A DNA stretch of 64,000 nt from the IMG/VR virus record IMGVR_UViG_3300012347_000350, positions 1,401 to 65,400 of that record. One strand, 5' to 3'. The notes beneath the pieces are model-generated. The model had not been told where the DNA came from. It ran no database searches and saw nothing but the letters and a program-made list of their open reading frames with translations. Of the stretch, positions 36,726-46,703 are shown one piece after another. The translations under genes and the position numbers were made by a program. This DNA comes from a virus. The first letter of the stretch is position 1; the number at the start of each line of letters is the position of its first letter.

Positions 36726-37316
36726 TTAGTTTTCGATCGCGCCGCTCATGGCTTGACGTTGAGCCAAGTCATGCAGCTCTTCAGCATTGAGCTCAGGCAA
36801 GATCTCAATGGCGAACTCACGGATGAGCTTGCCCTTGCGAGACTTGTTGCCACGGCTGTCTGTGGTGGTCACGAAGACCTGGCACATACGGTCGGCCAAA
36901 GCCTTGTAGATGATGTTGGGGACGTGCCAACCTTCATCTGCGTTGAACGGAATGAACTTGCTGAAGGCACCCACGCGGGCATTGCCTACGCTGATGATCT
37001 CGCCTGGCCACTCGGACTTGGCTGGGTTCATGCAAGTCAAACGGATGCGCACCAAACGGGCAGCATCGTCTTTCAAGCGCTTGGTCTTTTGACCTTCTGT
37101 CTCGACTGCAGTGTTGATCACAGCGGCGGCAGAAGGTTCAGGTGTTTCGGGTTCAGTGGTTTCGCCAGCAACGGCAGCGTTCACTTTTTCGCGGAGCTTT
37201 TCCAAACCAATCGAGGGATGGTAGGTCACGCCCATCATGTCAGCGCGCGCTTTCAAAGCGACGAGCTCGTCTTGGGTCGTTGTTTGGATATCGGTGTCTT
37301 GAGTTTGTTCAGACAT
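36726..37316 (-). CDS. N4 gp55-like protein
   Basis: LKARADMMGVTYHPSIGLEKLREKVN; LVRIRLTCMNP.K; synteny. Confidence 0.8.
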   Translation of the reverse strand: MSEQTQDTDIQTTTQDELVALKARADMMGVTYHPSIGLEKLREKVNAAVAGETTEPETPEPSAAAVINTAVETEGQKTKRLKDDAARLVRIRLTCMNPAKSEWPGEIISVGNARVGAFSKFIPFNADEGWHVPNIIYKALADRMCQVFVTTTDSRGNKSRKGKLIREFAIEILPELNAEELHDLAQRQAMSGAIEN

Positions 37317-37336
37317 TGCGTTCTTTCAGAGTTGGG

Positions 37337-37380
37337 AAAAACAAAAGCGGGGAAGGAAGGTTGCCCTTCCCTCCCCTAGC
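37337..37380 (-). terminator. Intrinsic terminator after the major capsid gene
   Basis: On -: GGGGAGGGAAGG-GCAA-CCTTCCTTCCCC then TTTTGTTTTT. Confidence 0.7.
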
Positions 37381-37383
37381 GAC

Positions 37384-38802
37384 TTACATCTTGGCTGCAG
37401 TCTTGATCAAAGCGATACGCTCTGGACGCAGGGCCATGAAGCCGTAGTACCACTTGATGGACATGAAGCCAGTCTCACCATAAGGATCTTCCTTGGTAGC
37501 CATCGCTTCACCAGGAGCCTTGTGCATGATCTTGAACTTCACGGTCTTGCCGTCGGTTTGGAAGCCGATGGTTGTGAAGGACTCATCGCCCACCACCAAG
37601 ATTGGGAACACGTCGTAGCGACCAGCGGTCTCGTAGCAGGTGGCATCGCCAGAAGCGTCAGCACCGGCACCAGCCCACTTCATCATCTCGGGAACCACAA
37701 CCAGACGGAACTGGTCAACGGTACCGACTTCACCGTTCAAAGTCGTGCCCACGGCATCGCCGTAACGCTCAACGCCCACGAATGCAGGGTTGTCGTGCAA
37801 GTCTTTCATCGCACGGAAGGTAGGCAGCAACTCGGAGCCGATGTAGGCCACGCGTGCAGACGGGATCGTCTTGGTGTCGATCATGCGCGAACCAGTGATG
37901 ATCTTGGTTTGCTTGGGGCAACGGTTCTGATCCAACTGGATCGACACGCGCAGCAAGTCACCGTAAGACACCAAGTCAGAGCTTTGCACTTCGGCATTGG
38001 TCGTTGCGTCACCGGCGAAGCGAACCACACCAGCAGCGTTGATCAAGTCGATTTGCAGAGCATCTTCAGTGATCTCGTTGGCACCCAACAGCATTTCGCG
38101 GTTGATGTGTTCCATGAGTTCAGCGTCGGTGTCGAAGTCCATCGACTCTTGGGTGTACTCATCAAAGAAGCCGAACTTCTCGAGAGTGCCTTCGAGTTCG
38201 ATACGCTTGAAGCCCACGCGGTTCACGCGGCCACCGGTTTCGCTCAAAGCAGGCATCTTGCCGGAGATCGTACCGATGTCCTTGCTGGTGCCGTAGAGGT
38301 TGCCAGAGCCTTGTTGAGACACAGCGCCGATGTTCAAAGCGACGATGGTGTTGGCTTTGGTTGCGTTGGCGACTTTGAAGTTCAAAGAACCAGTCACAGT
38401 CACGGTAGCCAAACCAGTACCAGCAGAGCCGTCAGAACCAGCAACAGCAGTGACGCCGTCCAAGTTGTCTTCGATGGCGGTAACAGCAGCACCCTTGCCA
38501 GCGTTTGCTACGGCGAGCACTGCGCGAGGCAGAGTCACGTAGTACTGGGTGTTGGTGATGGCCACGCCGGCAGCGTCAATACCTTGGTCGTTGATGTTGC
38601 GATCATCGAGCATAGGCATGTAGTGGTAGCGCTTGATCTTCTTGCCGTAGTTCTTAGGCATAGAAGTCGTGTCAGCCAACTGGCTGAAGAACTGCAGTTT
38701 TGGCAGTTCGACCAGGGCCTTCTTCGCGTAGAAGAAGTTTTGGATTTGAGAGCCGACGCTCGAAGCGCTACCGGCAGGAGGATTGTTGAATTGCATACCC
38801 AT
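37384..38802 (-). CDS. Major capsid protein (N4 gp56-like) with an 82-aa insertion
   Basis: MPKNYGKKIK..HY.PMLDDRNINDQGIDA.G...GNLYG.SKDIG...ETGGRVNRVGF...DPYGETGFMSIKWYYG. Confidence 0.95.
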   Translation of the reverse strand: MGMQFNNPPAGSASSVGSQIQNFFYAKKALVELPKLQFFSQLADTTSMPKNYGKKIKRYHYMPMLDDRNINDQGIDAAGVAITNTQYYVTLPRAVLAVANAGKGAAVTAIEDNLDGVTAVAGSDGSAGTGLATVTVTGSLNFKVANATKANTIVALNIGAVSQQGSGNLYGTSKDIGTISGKMPALSETGGRVNRVGFKRIELEGTLEKFGFFDEYTQESMDFDTDAELMEHINREMLLGANEITEDALQIDLINAAGVVRFAGDATTNAEVQSSDLVSYGDLLRVSIQLDQNRCPKQTKIITGSRMIDTKTIPSARVAYIGSELLPTFRAMKDLHDNPAFVGVERYGDAVGTTLNGEVGTVDQFRLVVVPEMMKWAGAGADASGDATCYETAGRYDVFPILVVGDESFTTIGFQTDGKTVKFKIMHKAPGEAMATKEDPYGETGFMSIKWYYGFMALRPERIALIKTAAKM

Positions 38803-38817
38803 GATGAGTTTCCTTCG

Positions 38818-40044
38818 TTACAGAAATTGTTTGTTGACCTGCTTGCTGAATTCTTCGTCTGACATCGACAGGGGGTTGAAGTCCTGAGTACCAGAGTTGG
38901 GAACCACAGCGTTAGTGGAGCTTGCAGCTCGCTTTTTGTCTTTCAGCTTGTCGCCATCAACCTGCTTCGGTTTCGGTTGCACCACAACTTTCTCGGGGGC
39001 AGTGTCTGGCTTAGGCTGGGAGCTACCCTTGGCCAAAGCGTTGAACTCACCTCGAGCATGCAATGCGTCACCGACTTGCCGGTAGGCTTCGATGTCTGAC
39101 ACGCCATTCAAGCGACCAAACATGCGCTCGTTTTCAATCTCCTTCTGGATGCGGTCATAAATGCCAGTTGAAATGTGGTCATTGATAACTCGCAACAGCT
39201 GGGGATTTCCAGCGATCACATTTTTGCTTGCAGCGTCCCACTTAGTGCTAACAATATCGAGTGTCCGGGTGTACGAAGGAGTTCCTTGAATTTCATCAAG
39301 GACCGTATCCAGCTCAATCTCACGGTCGTCAACAGTGTAAGTAGACTGCTTGTATGCGCTTGCCTTATCAGCGTCAAGATCCATAGGATCAATGCCGCTG
39401 TCCTTAACTAGCTTGTTGATTGCGGCTGGGTCTTTACGATTCAGGTCAATCAAAAAGCTAATTTTTTCTTCGCTCAAGAGTTCTGCTTTTTCAAGCAGCT
39501 TCATGAGTTTCAGATTGGGTTTCAGAGCCGCCATCTTCTTGTTGTAGTTGGCACCCATCTGCATGAGCGTGATTGCCTCGTCGACGTTGCCGACTTGGAT
39601 GTCACGGCCATTGGCCTTGAAGGGAGCCAGAAGACGCTTGTACTCTGTCTCAAAGTTAATTGTAGATTCATCTGCAGGCTTTTTCTCATCAGCAGCTGCA
39701 GAATCTTTTGCATCAGGTGTTTTACCGTCCTGACCTTCTACGGGTTTGGTGTCAACCGCGCCTTCAGCCGATTCCTTCTCGGCCGGCTTGGCAGCCGCCT
39801 CGTCGTCATCGCCTTCGGCCGGATCATCGTTCTTCTCGTCGTCCTCAGCAGCAGCTGGGTCGGCGTTTGAATCTTCTGGGTCGTCCTGAGTGCCCGCTTG
39901 GTCATTGCTGACCTGATCGTCATCTTCTTCCTCATTGGCTTCAGCAGTGCTTGCCACTGGACCAGTCATGTTTCGGATCTCTTCGTCCGACATGTTGAGG
40001 TAGTCAGGCTCTTGAACTTTGTTTTCAGTTGAGGCTTCAGACAT
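38818..40044 (-). CDS. N4 gp57-like protein (scaffold/tape-measure candidate)
   Basis: Acidic N-terminus; PFKANGRDI...LMQMGANYNKKM; synteny. Confidence 0.8.
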   Translation of the reverse strand: MSEASTENKVQEPDYLNMSDEEIRNMTGPVASTAEANEEEDDDQVSNDQAGTQDDPEDSNADPAAAEDDEKNDDPAEGDDDEAAAKPAEKESAEGAVDTKPVEGQDGKTPDAKDSAAADEKKPADESTINFETEYKRLLAPFKANGRDIQVGNVDEAITLMQMGANYNKKMAALKPNLKLMKLLEKAELLSEEKISFLIDLNRKDPAAINKLVKDSGIDPMDLDADKASAYKQSTYTVDDREIELDTVLDEIQGTPSYTRTLDIVSTKWDAASKNVIAGNPQLLRVINDHISTGIYDRIQKEIENERMFGRLNGVSDIEAYRQVGDALHARGEFNALAKGSSQPKPDTAPEKVVVQPKPKQVDGDKLKDKKRAASSTNAVVPNSGTQDFNPLSMSDEEFSKQVNKQFL

Positions 40045-40046
40045 GT

Positions 40047-40382
40047 TTATGCCTCCTCAGCTGCAATTTCTTCAATGGCCGCTTCGTCCTGCTCGATACT
40101 CTTGCGAGCCATGGCAGCTTGTTGGACGAGGGTCGTGAAGAACAGGTTCAGATTGCCGATTGCGTCGATCTGGGTGATGATCAACTTCTGCATCTCGGGA
40201 GATTGAAGCGCGGGATTGGACTTGGCCTGAACCAAACGGATTGCTTCTTTTTCGAAGTAGCCTTCCATCACAATGGTTTTGAAGTCCTTGTTGGACTTCA
40301 GACGCTCAAGTGCGTCGGCCAGCTCAACCAGCTTCTTTGCTGACTTGATGCTCTCTTCGATGACTTTGATTTGGTTACTCAT
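40047..40382 (-). CDS. N4 gp58-like protein
   Basis: LERLKSNKDFK.IVMEGYF..EA.RLV; synteny. Confidence 0.8.
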   Translation of the reverse strand: MSNQIKVIEESIKSAKKLVELADALERLKSNKDFKTIVMEGYFEKEAIRLVQAKSNPALQSPEMQKLIITQIDAIGNLNLFFTTLVQQAAMARKSIEQDEAAIEEIAAEEA

Positions 40383-40449
40383 TGTCTACCAGTGCTTTCA
40401 AAAAAGTTAATAGAGGAATGGACAGGGTTCTGTCCACTCCCCGATCATA

Positions 40450-42633
40450 TTACTTTTTTGGTGCAGCCCTATTCAAAACGTACTCTTTTAAAAGATCGTG
40501 GCTTCGTTCTTCACGAGCAAAGTCATGTTCCATGGTCTTCGTTGCCATTTGCGCGCGGGCTTGCTCACCGTGCAATTCCTTGGCACGTTCCTGCTTGACC
40601 CCTGACTCGGTCTCCACAAAGTCGAGGTTTTTGAGGTCGGTGTCGGACTGTACGTTTGCAGCCACAGCTTGCTCGGTACCGGACTTGGCAGCATTCAACT
40701 GAGCGGTTGCCTGGTGCTGCGCGGCCATGGCGTTTTCCTTGGCAATCTGCGCTTTGAGCAATTCGATCTTGAGTTGCTTTTCTTCTTGAACCAAAGGATC
40801 AGGCTGAGCTTGGAAGGTCTCCACGCGGTGCGCAAAGTCAGGCATCTTGCGAAGACGAGCGATGTCGGCCAGGATCATCTTGACCATGTCGGGATCGCCA
40901 TTGGGGCCCACGGTCTGGAGCAAGAAGGCCAGCTGCTCGGCCTTGTTGTTGTCTTCTTCGGCAGTGCTGATCGACAGCTTCAAGTCGAAGTTGCCACCCA
41001 GGTCGTCGCGGCGGATCACGGCAAACTCGTCGTTTGTGATGCGCACGACTTCTTCTTCGCTCAGGAACTCAGCGTTCATGCTGATGATCTTGCGACCGAT
41101 GCGAACCATGCCATTGGACAAGCGACGCAGAATGCCGAGCTCGCGCTTGGATGCAGCGTCCAGTGCACCGCGCACGCCGGCGGCCACATCACCCAGTGAC
41201 TGGCCAGAGACGCCTTGGCTGTAGGCCTTGACGCCTGTGATCGACTCGGCTTCCATGTTCTGGAGGCTCAGCATGAACTGGGCTGACTGTGGGATCTCAG
41301 GGTAGGTGTGCATGAAGACACCTTGGCGAGGATCGACGTTCGCGTTGAACTCGTAGTCCAGACCCTTGTCGAACTTGCGGCGGTTCGTGGCATCGAGCAT
41401 GTCCTTGCGGATACCCGTCTGGCCGTTGGCCGACTTGCCCATGATGTCGATCATGCCGCGCGTGACGGCACCAACCACCTTCTGGTTGTCTTCCAAGAGC
41501 GCGCCGTCTGGCTCGCCGTAGATGGCTTTGCGCACCGGCAGGTACTGCTCGATTACGAACGGGATCTTCTTGTCGGGGTATGGGTTTTCTTCCATGCGGA
41601 TCATCGTGTCGCCCACCCAGGCGGCCACGAACGGCTCGGTCTTGCCGTTGCCATCGACGTCCCAAAAACCCCAGTACTCGTGCACCACAATTTTTTTGCG
41701 CGGGGCGTCCTGGAAGTTGAAGCTGCGCACACCGTCTGACGGGGTGTGGTCGGGCGTGCCCAAGACGGTGTTGCCGTCGACGTTCACGTACTGCAGGTTC
41801 TTGTAGCGCTTGTCCTTCTTCAACTCCGACATGGAAGTCTCGAAGGTGTAGATCAGGAAGCCTGCCTTGTCGATGTTGCCCAAGCAGGTGGGATCAACGA
41901 TGACGTTTCGGAAGTCACAGACTTCCAGCGTTGGTCGGTTCACCAACGTCTTCATCTGCTTTTCTTTTTTGGAGCCAACGATCACAGGCTCGATCGGCTG
42001 GCCCTGCTCCTTGTAGAGCTCGTGTGCTTGCTTGAGTTCCTCGGGTACATCGGTCATGTACTCGCTGGGGGACTCTTCTTCCATCTGGTCCAGATGCTCG
42101 TGCATCGGGCCGTATTCTGGGTTGACCACGTACTGGACATCTGGCACGTCGACTTCGACTTCTTCTTCCTGGAAGTCCCAACCCACTCGAACAATGACAG
42201 TACCTTCGTCGACAGCGGCTCGCACGTATTCGTCGACGAACTTGGTCTTGTCCACATGCACGTTGAACTGGTGATTCAAAACCAGTTCATTTTGCTTTGC
42301 TGCATTGCGGTCTTCCCAAGTCACAGGACGCACGTTGAACACGTCGTCGGTGCTGAGGAATGGCTCGCTCAATGCGGCATATCGCCACTCGGCTTGTTTT
42401 CGAATCAGCTTCGGAACAATGCTCGAGTTTCCTTTGGGTGTATTGACCTTCGCTGAACCGGTGACGTTCAGGTTGTCAAGCCACTCGCCGATCTTGGTCT
42501 TCTGAAGATTGTGGGTGGGTTTGGCAAAAATCAAATCTTGCTTCAACGTGCCCAACTTAGGTGGATTCTTCCACTTGGTCAACGCAGGGGCTTCGAGCCC
42601 TAGCTGTACTGCTTGTGTATCGTTGTCGGTCAT
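40450..42633 (-). CDS. Portal protein (N4 gp59-like)
   Basis: PKLIRKQAEWRYAALSEPFL; YGEPDGALL.DNQK.VGAVTRGMID.MGKSANGQ. Confidence 0.93.
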   Translation of the reverse strand: MTDNDTQAVQLGLEAPALTKWKNPPKLGTLKQDLIFAKPTHNLQKTKIGEWLDNLNVTGSAKVNTPKGNSSIVPKLIRKQAEWRYAALSEPFLSTDDVFNVRPVTWEDRNAAKQNELVLNHQFNVHVDKTKFVDEYVRAAVDEGTVIVRVGWDFQEEEVEVDVPDVQYVVNPEYGPMHEHLDQMEEESPSEYMTDVPEELKQAHELYKEQGQPIEPVIVGSKKEKQMKTLVNRPTLEVCDFRNVIVDPTCLGNIDKAGFLIYTFETSMSELKKDKRYKNLQYVNVDGNTVLGTPDHTPSDGVRSFNFQDAPRKKIVVHEYWGFWDVDGNGKTEPFVAAWVGDTMIRMEENPYPDKKIPFVIEQYLPVRKAIYGEPDGALLEDNQKVVGAVTRGMIDIMGKSANGQTGIRKDMLDATNRRKFDKGLDYEFNANVDPRQGVFMHTYPEIPQSAQFMLSLQNMEAESITGVKAYSQGVSGQSLGDVAAGVRGALDAASKRELGILRRLSNGMVRIGRKIISMNAEFLSEEEVVRITNDEFAVIRRDDLGGNFDLKLSISTAEEDNNKAEQLAFLLQTVGPNGDPDMVKMILADIARLRKMPDFAHRVETFQAQPDPLVQEEKQLKIELLKAQIAKENAMAAQHQATAQLNAAKSGTEQAVAANVQSDTDLKNLDFVETESGVKQERAKELHGEQARAQMATKTMEHDFAREERSHDLLKEYVLNRAAPKK

Positions 42634-42692
42634 AATCTGCGTCGTTCTTTAGGTACCTAAGATCATCCCGTTAAACCTTGAAAGTAAACAGA

Positions 42693-43112
42693 ATGGACAT
42701 TCAATCTCTTCATCAGGCATTCATTATGCCAACAAAGGCTTCTGACAAAGCAGGAGCATTCGACATCTTTATGCCTGAGGCGGGTGTAGCCACCGGTTTG
42801 AGCCAATTAGTTGGTCTCGGATTTGCAGCTGCAGTTCCCGATGGCCATGTGGCTTTGTTGCTGCCCCGCTCGAGTGCCGGCGCTAAACACGGTGTCGAGT
42901 TGAACAACACTTGCGGTGTCATTGACTCCGATTATCGCGGAGAATGGAAGGCAGCGATACGAACCAAGAACAAAGTACCCTTTAGCTGGGCTGCTGGCGA
43001 CCGAGTTCTGCAGTTTTTGGTGGTACCGATCGCCAATATCAGCCTAAACCAGGTGGATTCTCTCGATGAAACCGTTCGCGGGGAAGGTGGATTTGGGTCG
43101 ACCGGCAAGTAA
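42693..43112 (+). CDS. dut: Trimeric dUTPase
   Basis: ATG 42693 after GAAAG; AGAFDI, PRSSAG, GVIDSDYRGE, RGEGGFGSTG motifs. Confidence 0.93.
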   Translation: MDIQSLHQAFIMPTKASDKAGAFDIFMPEAGVATGLSQLVGLGFAAAVPDGHVALLLPRSSAGAKHGVELNNTCGVIDSDYRGEWKAAIRTKNKVPFSWAAGDRVLQFLVVPIANISLNQVDSLDETVRGEGGFGSTGK

Positions 43113-43129
43113 AACCCGATGAACCAAAG

Positions 43130-43157
43130 AAAAAAGCCCCTTGATTGGGGCTTTTTT
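43130..43157. terminator. Bidirectional terminator between converging genes
   Basis: AAAAAAGCCCC-TTGATT-GGGGCTTTTTT. Confidence 0.8.
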
Positions 43158-43171
43158 CATGGGCAAAAGGT

Positions 43172-43432
43172 TTACCACTTCACTTTGTCTGCCCAGTAGG
43201 CTGCACTCATCTTGCCTTTGGCGATGTTCTTGGCATGTCGAGCCTTGAATGCCTCGTTGCGCTTGGAGCCATCGGGCGAACCCTTGACCCCTTGCTGCCC
43301 AAAGCGGATGGTCTTGACCGTCTCACCCACCTTGGCCACAACGATGTGGCTTTTGCTGCCATGGCCCGGGGTGCGCTTGGGCTTGTTGTAGCCGCTGACC
43401 CCTGCGCGCGCAAGTCTTGAATCGGTAGCCAT
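43172..43432 (-). CDS. Small basic conserved phage protein
   Basis: ATG 43432 overlaps the upstream stop; GYNKPKRTP...IRFGQQG...FKARHAKNIAKGKMSAAYWADKVKW. Confidence 0.8.
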   Translation of the reverse strand: MATDSRLARAGVSGYNKPKRTPGHGSKSHIVVAKVGETVKTIRFGQQGVKGSPDGSKRNEAFKARHAKNIAKGKMSAAYWADKVKW

Positions 43433-44169
43433 CAGACCCACCCACCTTTCTGCAGGCGGTTGTACTGGGTGCCATGATCGATTTGCAGGTTCTTGTTCTC
43501 GAGCTCTTGACAAGCCAGCTCGTACTTTTGGAAGTACGTGTTGCCGGTGTTGTCTTCGCCGCCGATGCCGATTGGGGTGTGCACGCGCGAGGCAATGAAA
43601 AGCAGCAGCGCTTCGAGATGGGTCTCGGGCAGATCGATCTCCAGATCTTCTGGCTCCACGTCCTCGGCTTCGAGCTTCGGATGGTTGGCTCGGAAGTGCA
43701 CAGTCAGCGCGCTGGTTTTCAGGTCATCGGGCAACCAGTCTGCGCGGGCCACGATGTCTGCCGGCACCACCAACATGCGCTGGCTCGGGGTGTTCATCGA
43801 CAGCGCATCGGCTGGGTTGTTGACCCCGAACTCATAGCCCAGATCCGAGTAGATGTTCTCGACCTTGAGCAAGTCATCACGGAACGGCATGCCGGTGTCG
43901 TTGATGAACTTGACTGCTTCACGGCTGCGGGTGTTGGTGACAGCGTACTTGCTGTTGAGCGCATACATCGTCACACCGGGCTGAAGCACCAGCTTGAACT
44001 GACCGCGCTTGAGGTTGAAGCGCTTGTAGAGCGCCGTCAAACCAAGATTCACATGGGCCACCAGCTTGGGGTAATCCTCAGGGCGGACTGTGCCGGCCGC
44101 GCCCCCACCGATGGAGATTTGAGAGAGCTCACCGTAGGTCAGCTGATCGAAGATTTCTTTGAGTTTCAT
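43432..44169 (-). CDS. Head-tail adaptor / virion protein, N4 gp67-like
   Basis: 245 aa; HVNLGLTALYKRF; LEALLLFIASRVH; adjacent to the terminase. Confidence 0.75.
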   Translation of the reverse strand: MKLKEIFDQLTYGELSQISIGGGAAGTVRPEDYPKLVAHVNLGLTALYKRFNLKRGQFKLVLQPGVTMYALNSKYAVTNTRSREAVKFINDTGMPFRDDLLKVENIYSDLGYEFGVNNPADALSMNTPSQRMLVVPADIVARADWLPDDLKTSALTVHFRANHPKLEAEDVEPEDLEIDLPETHLEALLLFIASRVHTPIGIGGEDNTGNTYFQKYELACQELENKNLQIDHGTQYNRLQKGGWV

Positions 44170-44178
44170 GGTAGTTCC

Positions 44179-45789
44179 TTACACGATGTACGACGCCATC
44201 CGGTCAGTAGGCTCGTCGTCAACGTCGAGTTCCCACATCCCATCGCCCGTCCCTGCAGATTTCATCGGCGCTTCCTCCGATGGCTTCCAAGGGGTCAGTG
44301 ACGACAACATCGAGATCGTGTCGATAAAGTCATCGTGCTTGCTGCGGAATCCAGACACGGAAACCAGGCTTAATTCATTCATGGCTTCTTGGATTGTAGG
44401 CTCGGTCTTCTTCTCTAATGGGAAAAAGACTTTCCGTGCTTTGAACAGAGGAACCACGGTATTAAACCGAACGAGTTTGTTGGTGTTGGGCCGGATGCCG
44501 GGCTTTTGTTCATTGCCTTCGGTTGCAAGAGGAAAGTAAATATTCCTCTCCAACATTTGTCCCTGTATCCATTGGATGAAACCGCCCTGTTGGCCAGTAA
44601 CTTCAATGCCCACAGACTGTGGCTTGTAGATCTGCGATAAACGGAAGAGGTCATTGATGTTCTGGTCCATGAGTTGACGCTTACACACCCCATCCACCCA
44701 GAGCCAGTCGCCCACATTGTTGTAGGCCCACACGCTGATCACTGAGTAGTCGGCCTTGTCCTTGAGTGAGGTGGCAAAGTCAGTGGTGATGTAGAAGTTG
44801 AAACGGTGCTTGTTCCTCAGAACCAAGTCGATGCTGTACCAGCAGATGTCTGAGTCCTGAATCATTCGATCTTCTTCACTCATGATTCGCAGCATCAGTT
44901 CCTGGTTGAACGTATCGATCTTGCCCAGCTTCACCGCGTTGTCGTACTGCTGCTTGACATAGTCGTAGGTGAAGCGGTCAGGCCATGAGCCACGGAAGTC
45001 TTCACGGCTACACGGGTACTGCTCGCACACAGGGAACACGTTGACACCCCAAGCACCCGACTCAACGGCCTTGTACAGCGGGTCTTTCGCATTGAACGGT
45101 GTACCAGACCAGATGATCATGTTCTTGGTCGGGTGAAGCGCGTAGTCCACCGCTTTGTAGACGGTGTCCTCCACAGCCGCAATCACAGTGGCGGAGCGTG
45201 CGTCCTCATCGCTGATCAAGTCATCGAGCACAGCCAGCTGCGGGCGTTTGCCCAGCTCTTTCGCACCGCGCACACCGGTTTTCGCGCCGTAGCCCTTGAC
45301 GATGAAGACCTTGCCGTCGGCATTCTTGAATTCCCAGCGGATGTCGGTGAACCGGATGTCCGGCACGTACTGCTTCAGGAAATCCGAGTTGTCCCAGCGG
45401 AACTCCAAGTTCTTGCGCATGTTCTTGACCCCGTTCTCGATGGAGTCGGAGACATAGAGCGCCAGGTCGATCCGGCCGAACCCGGGGATCTCACCGTAGG
45501 TGGCGATGTAGAGGAACAGGTACTCGCCCATCACAGTGGTCTTGGCGATACCGCGGTGGCACAGGTTGATGATTCGCCGGCCGCCATAGGTGATCGTGTC
45601 CAGCATCCGGTAGTGAACGAGCGGGGTCTTGTTCTCCTCACCCTGCGCGCCGTTGACGAGCTTGATGAAGGTGACGAACTCGAGCGCAAAGTCGCTGGGA
45701 ACGTAGTTGGGATCGACCAGGTAGCTGGTCTCATTCAGATATTGCTCAACTGTCCAGGGGGCCAGCGCTTCTGCGACGGGATCAATCAT
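44179..45789 (-). CDS. terL: Terminase large subunit (N4 gp68-like)
   Basis: Start re-assigned to ATG 45789; HRGIAKTT, RPQLAVLDDL, nuclease TTDFA...HDDFIDTISML. Confidence 0.93.
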   Translation of the reverse strand: MIDPVAEALAPWTVEQYLNETSYLVDPNYVPSDFALEFVTFIKLVNGAQGEENKTPLVHYRMLDTITYGGRRIINLCHRGIAKTTVMGEYLFLYIATYGEIPGFGRIDLALYVSDSIENGVKNMRKNLEFRWDNSDFLKQYVPDIRFTDIRWEFKNADGKVFIVKGYGAKTGVRGAKELGKRPQLAVLDDLISDEDARSATVIAAVEDTVYKAVDYALHPTKNMIIWSGTPFNAKDPLYKAVESGAWGVNVFPVCEQYPCSREDFRGSWPDRFTYDYVKQQYDNAVKLGKIDTFNQELMLRIMSEEDRMIQDSDICWYSIDLVLRNKHRFNFYITTDFATSLKDKADYSVISVWAYNNVGDWLWVDGVCKRQLMDQNINDLFRLSQIYKPQSVGIEVTGQQGGFIQWIQGQMLERNIYFPLATEGNEQKPGIRPNTNKLVRFNTVVPLFKARKVFFPLEKKTEPTIQEAMNELSLVSVSGFRSKHDDFIDTISMLSSLTPWKPSEEAPMKSAGTGDGMWELDVDDEPTDRMASYIV

Positions 45790-46003
45790 CGAACCTCCGA
45801 TTTCGTTTCTCCGCGTAGCGGCCCTCAACATCCCAGCCGGCGGTAACCAGCATCCAAAAGGTGAAGCATCCAAACACCCCACCGATCCACAGGCCGACCT
45901 CTTGATCAAACTGGTAAATCAGCGCGCCCCATCCGGCACCCATGAAGACCGCGGACATCAGGCAGGTCAGGACGAACAGCCCCTGTTCAGCCAACTTACG
46001 CAT
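45782..46003 (-). CDS. Small two-TM membrane protein
   Basis: 73 aa with two hydrophobic segments and a charged tail; overlaps both neighbouring genes. Confidence 0.55.
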   Translation of the reverse strand: MRKLAEQGLFVLTCLMSAVFMGAGWGALIYQFDQEVGLWIGGVFGCFTFWMLVTAGWDVEGRYAEKRNRRFDD

Positions 46004-46703
46004 TGCTGACTTCTTTGGCTTCTACATCCACGGGCTCGTGAATGATTCGGCTGTGGGCCACCTCTTGCGCATTGGTCGACCCTGACTCCATGGCCAAGCG
46101 CTGCGCGCGGGCCAGTTCCATCGTGGCTTGGCGGAGCTGACTGATGGAGCCGTCTTCCTTGACCTTGACATCGAGCTCGACCTTCTGGGTCTCGGGCATC
46201 TTCAGATGCGTGAGCAGGGAGTTGGCGGCATCGCTTCTCACCTTCTCGCTCTTGGCAGACACCATCAGATCAGCCTGCACGTTCAACGCGCGCTGGTACA
46301 TGTCCTGGTTCAGGACATAACTTGGGATCAGGGTCTGCTCGAAGATCAGGTTGACGAGCTTGCTCTTGTTGTAGGCCGTGACATAGGACGCAATGTCCTT
46401 GGCCGTCACACCTTGAGCAGCGAACCTGGTGATCTTGTCGGGGAAGGTCTTGGAATAAGCCTCGATGTTCGTGGCCCCCATCAACTTGTGGCTCACGTAC
46501 TTCACGGCATTCACATACTCCTGCACCTTGAATCGGCCATCGGCCATCACCTTGGTGTAGCTGAGCAGGTTATCCCGGTAGCTCTCATACATCTCGGGAT
46601 CGCCAAGAGTCGTGTTGATCTGGTCGATCAGCTCTTGGTTGATGGACTTCTTCACCTTATCGGGAAGGGCCATCTTGAATTGGTCTACTGTCAGAGCAGT
46701 CAT
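45996..46703 (-). CDS. N4 gp69-like protein (terminase small subunit candidate)
   Basis: ATG 46703; YVNAVKYVSHKLMG...AYNKSKLVNLIFEQ...SEKVRSDAANSLLTHLK. Confidence 0.8.
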   Translation of the reverse strand: MTALTVDQFKMALPDKVKKSINQELIDQINTTLGDPEMYESYRDNLLSYTKVMADGRFKVQEYVNAVKYVSHKLMGATNIEAYSKTFPDKITRFAAQGVTAKDIASYVTAYNKSKLVNLIFEQTLIPSYVLNQDMYQRALNVQADLMVSAKSEKVRSDAANSLLTHLKMPETQKVELDVKVKEDGSISQLRQATMELARAQRLAMESGSTNAQEVAHSRIIHEPVDVEAKEVSNA

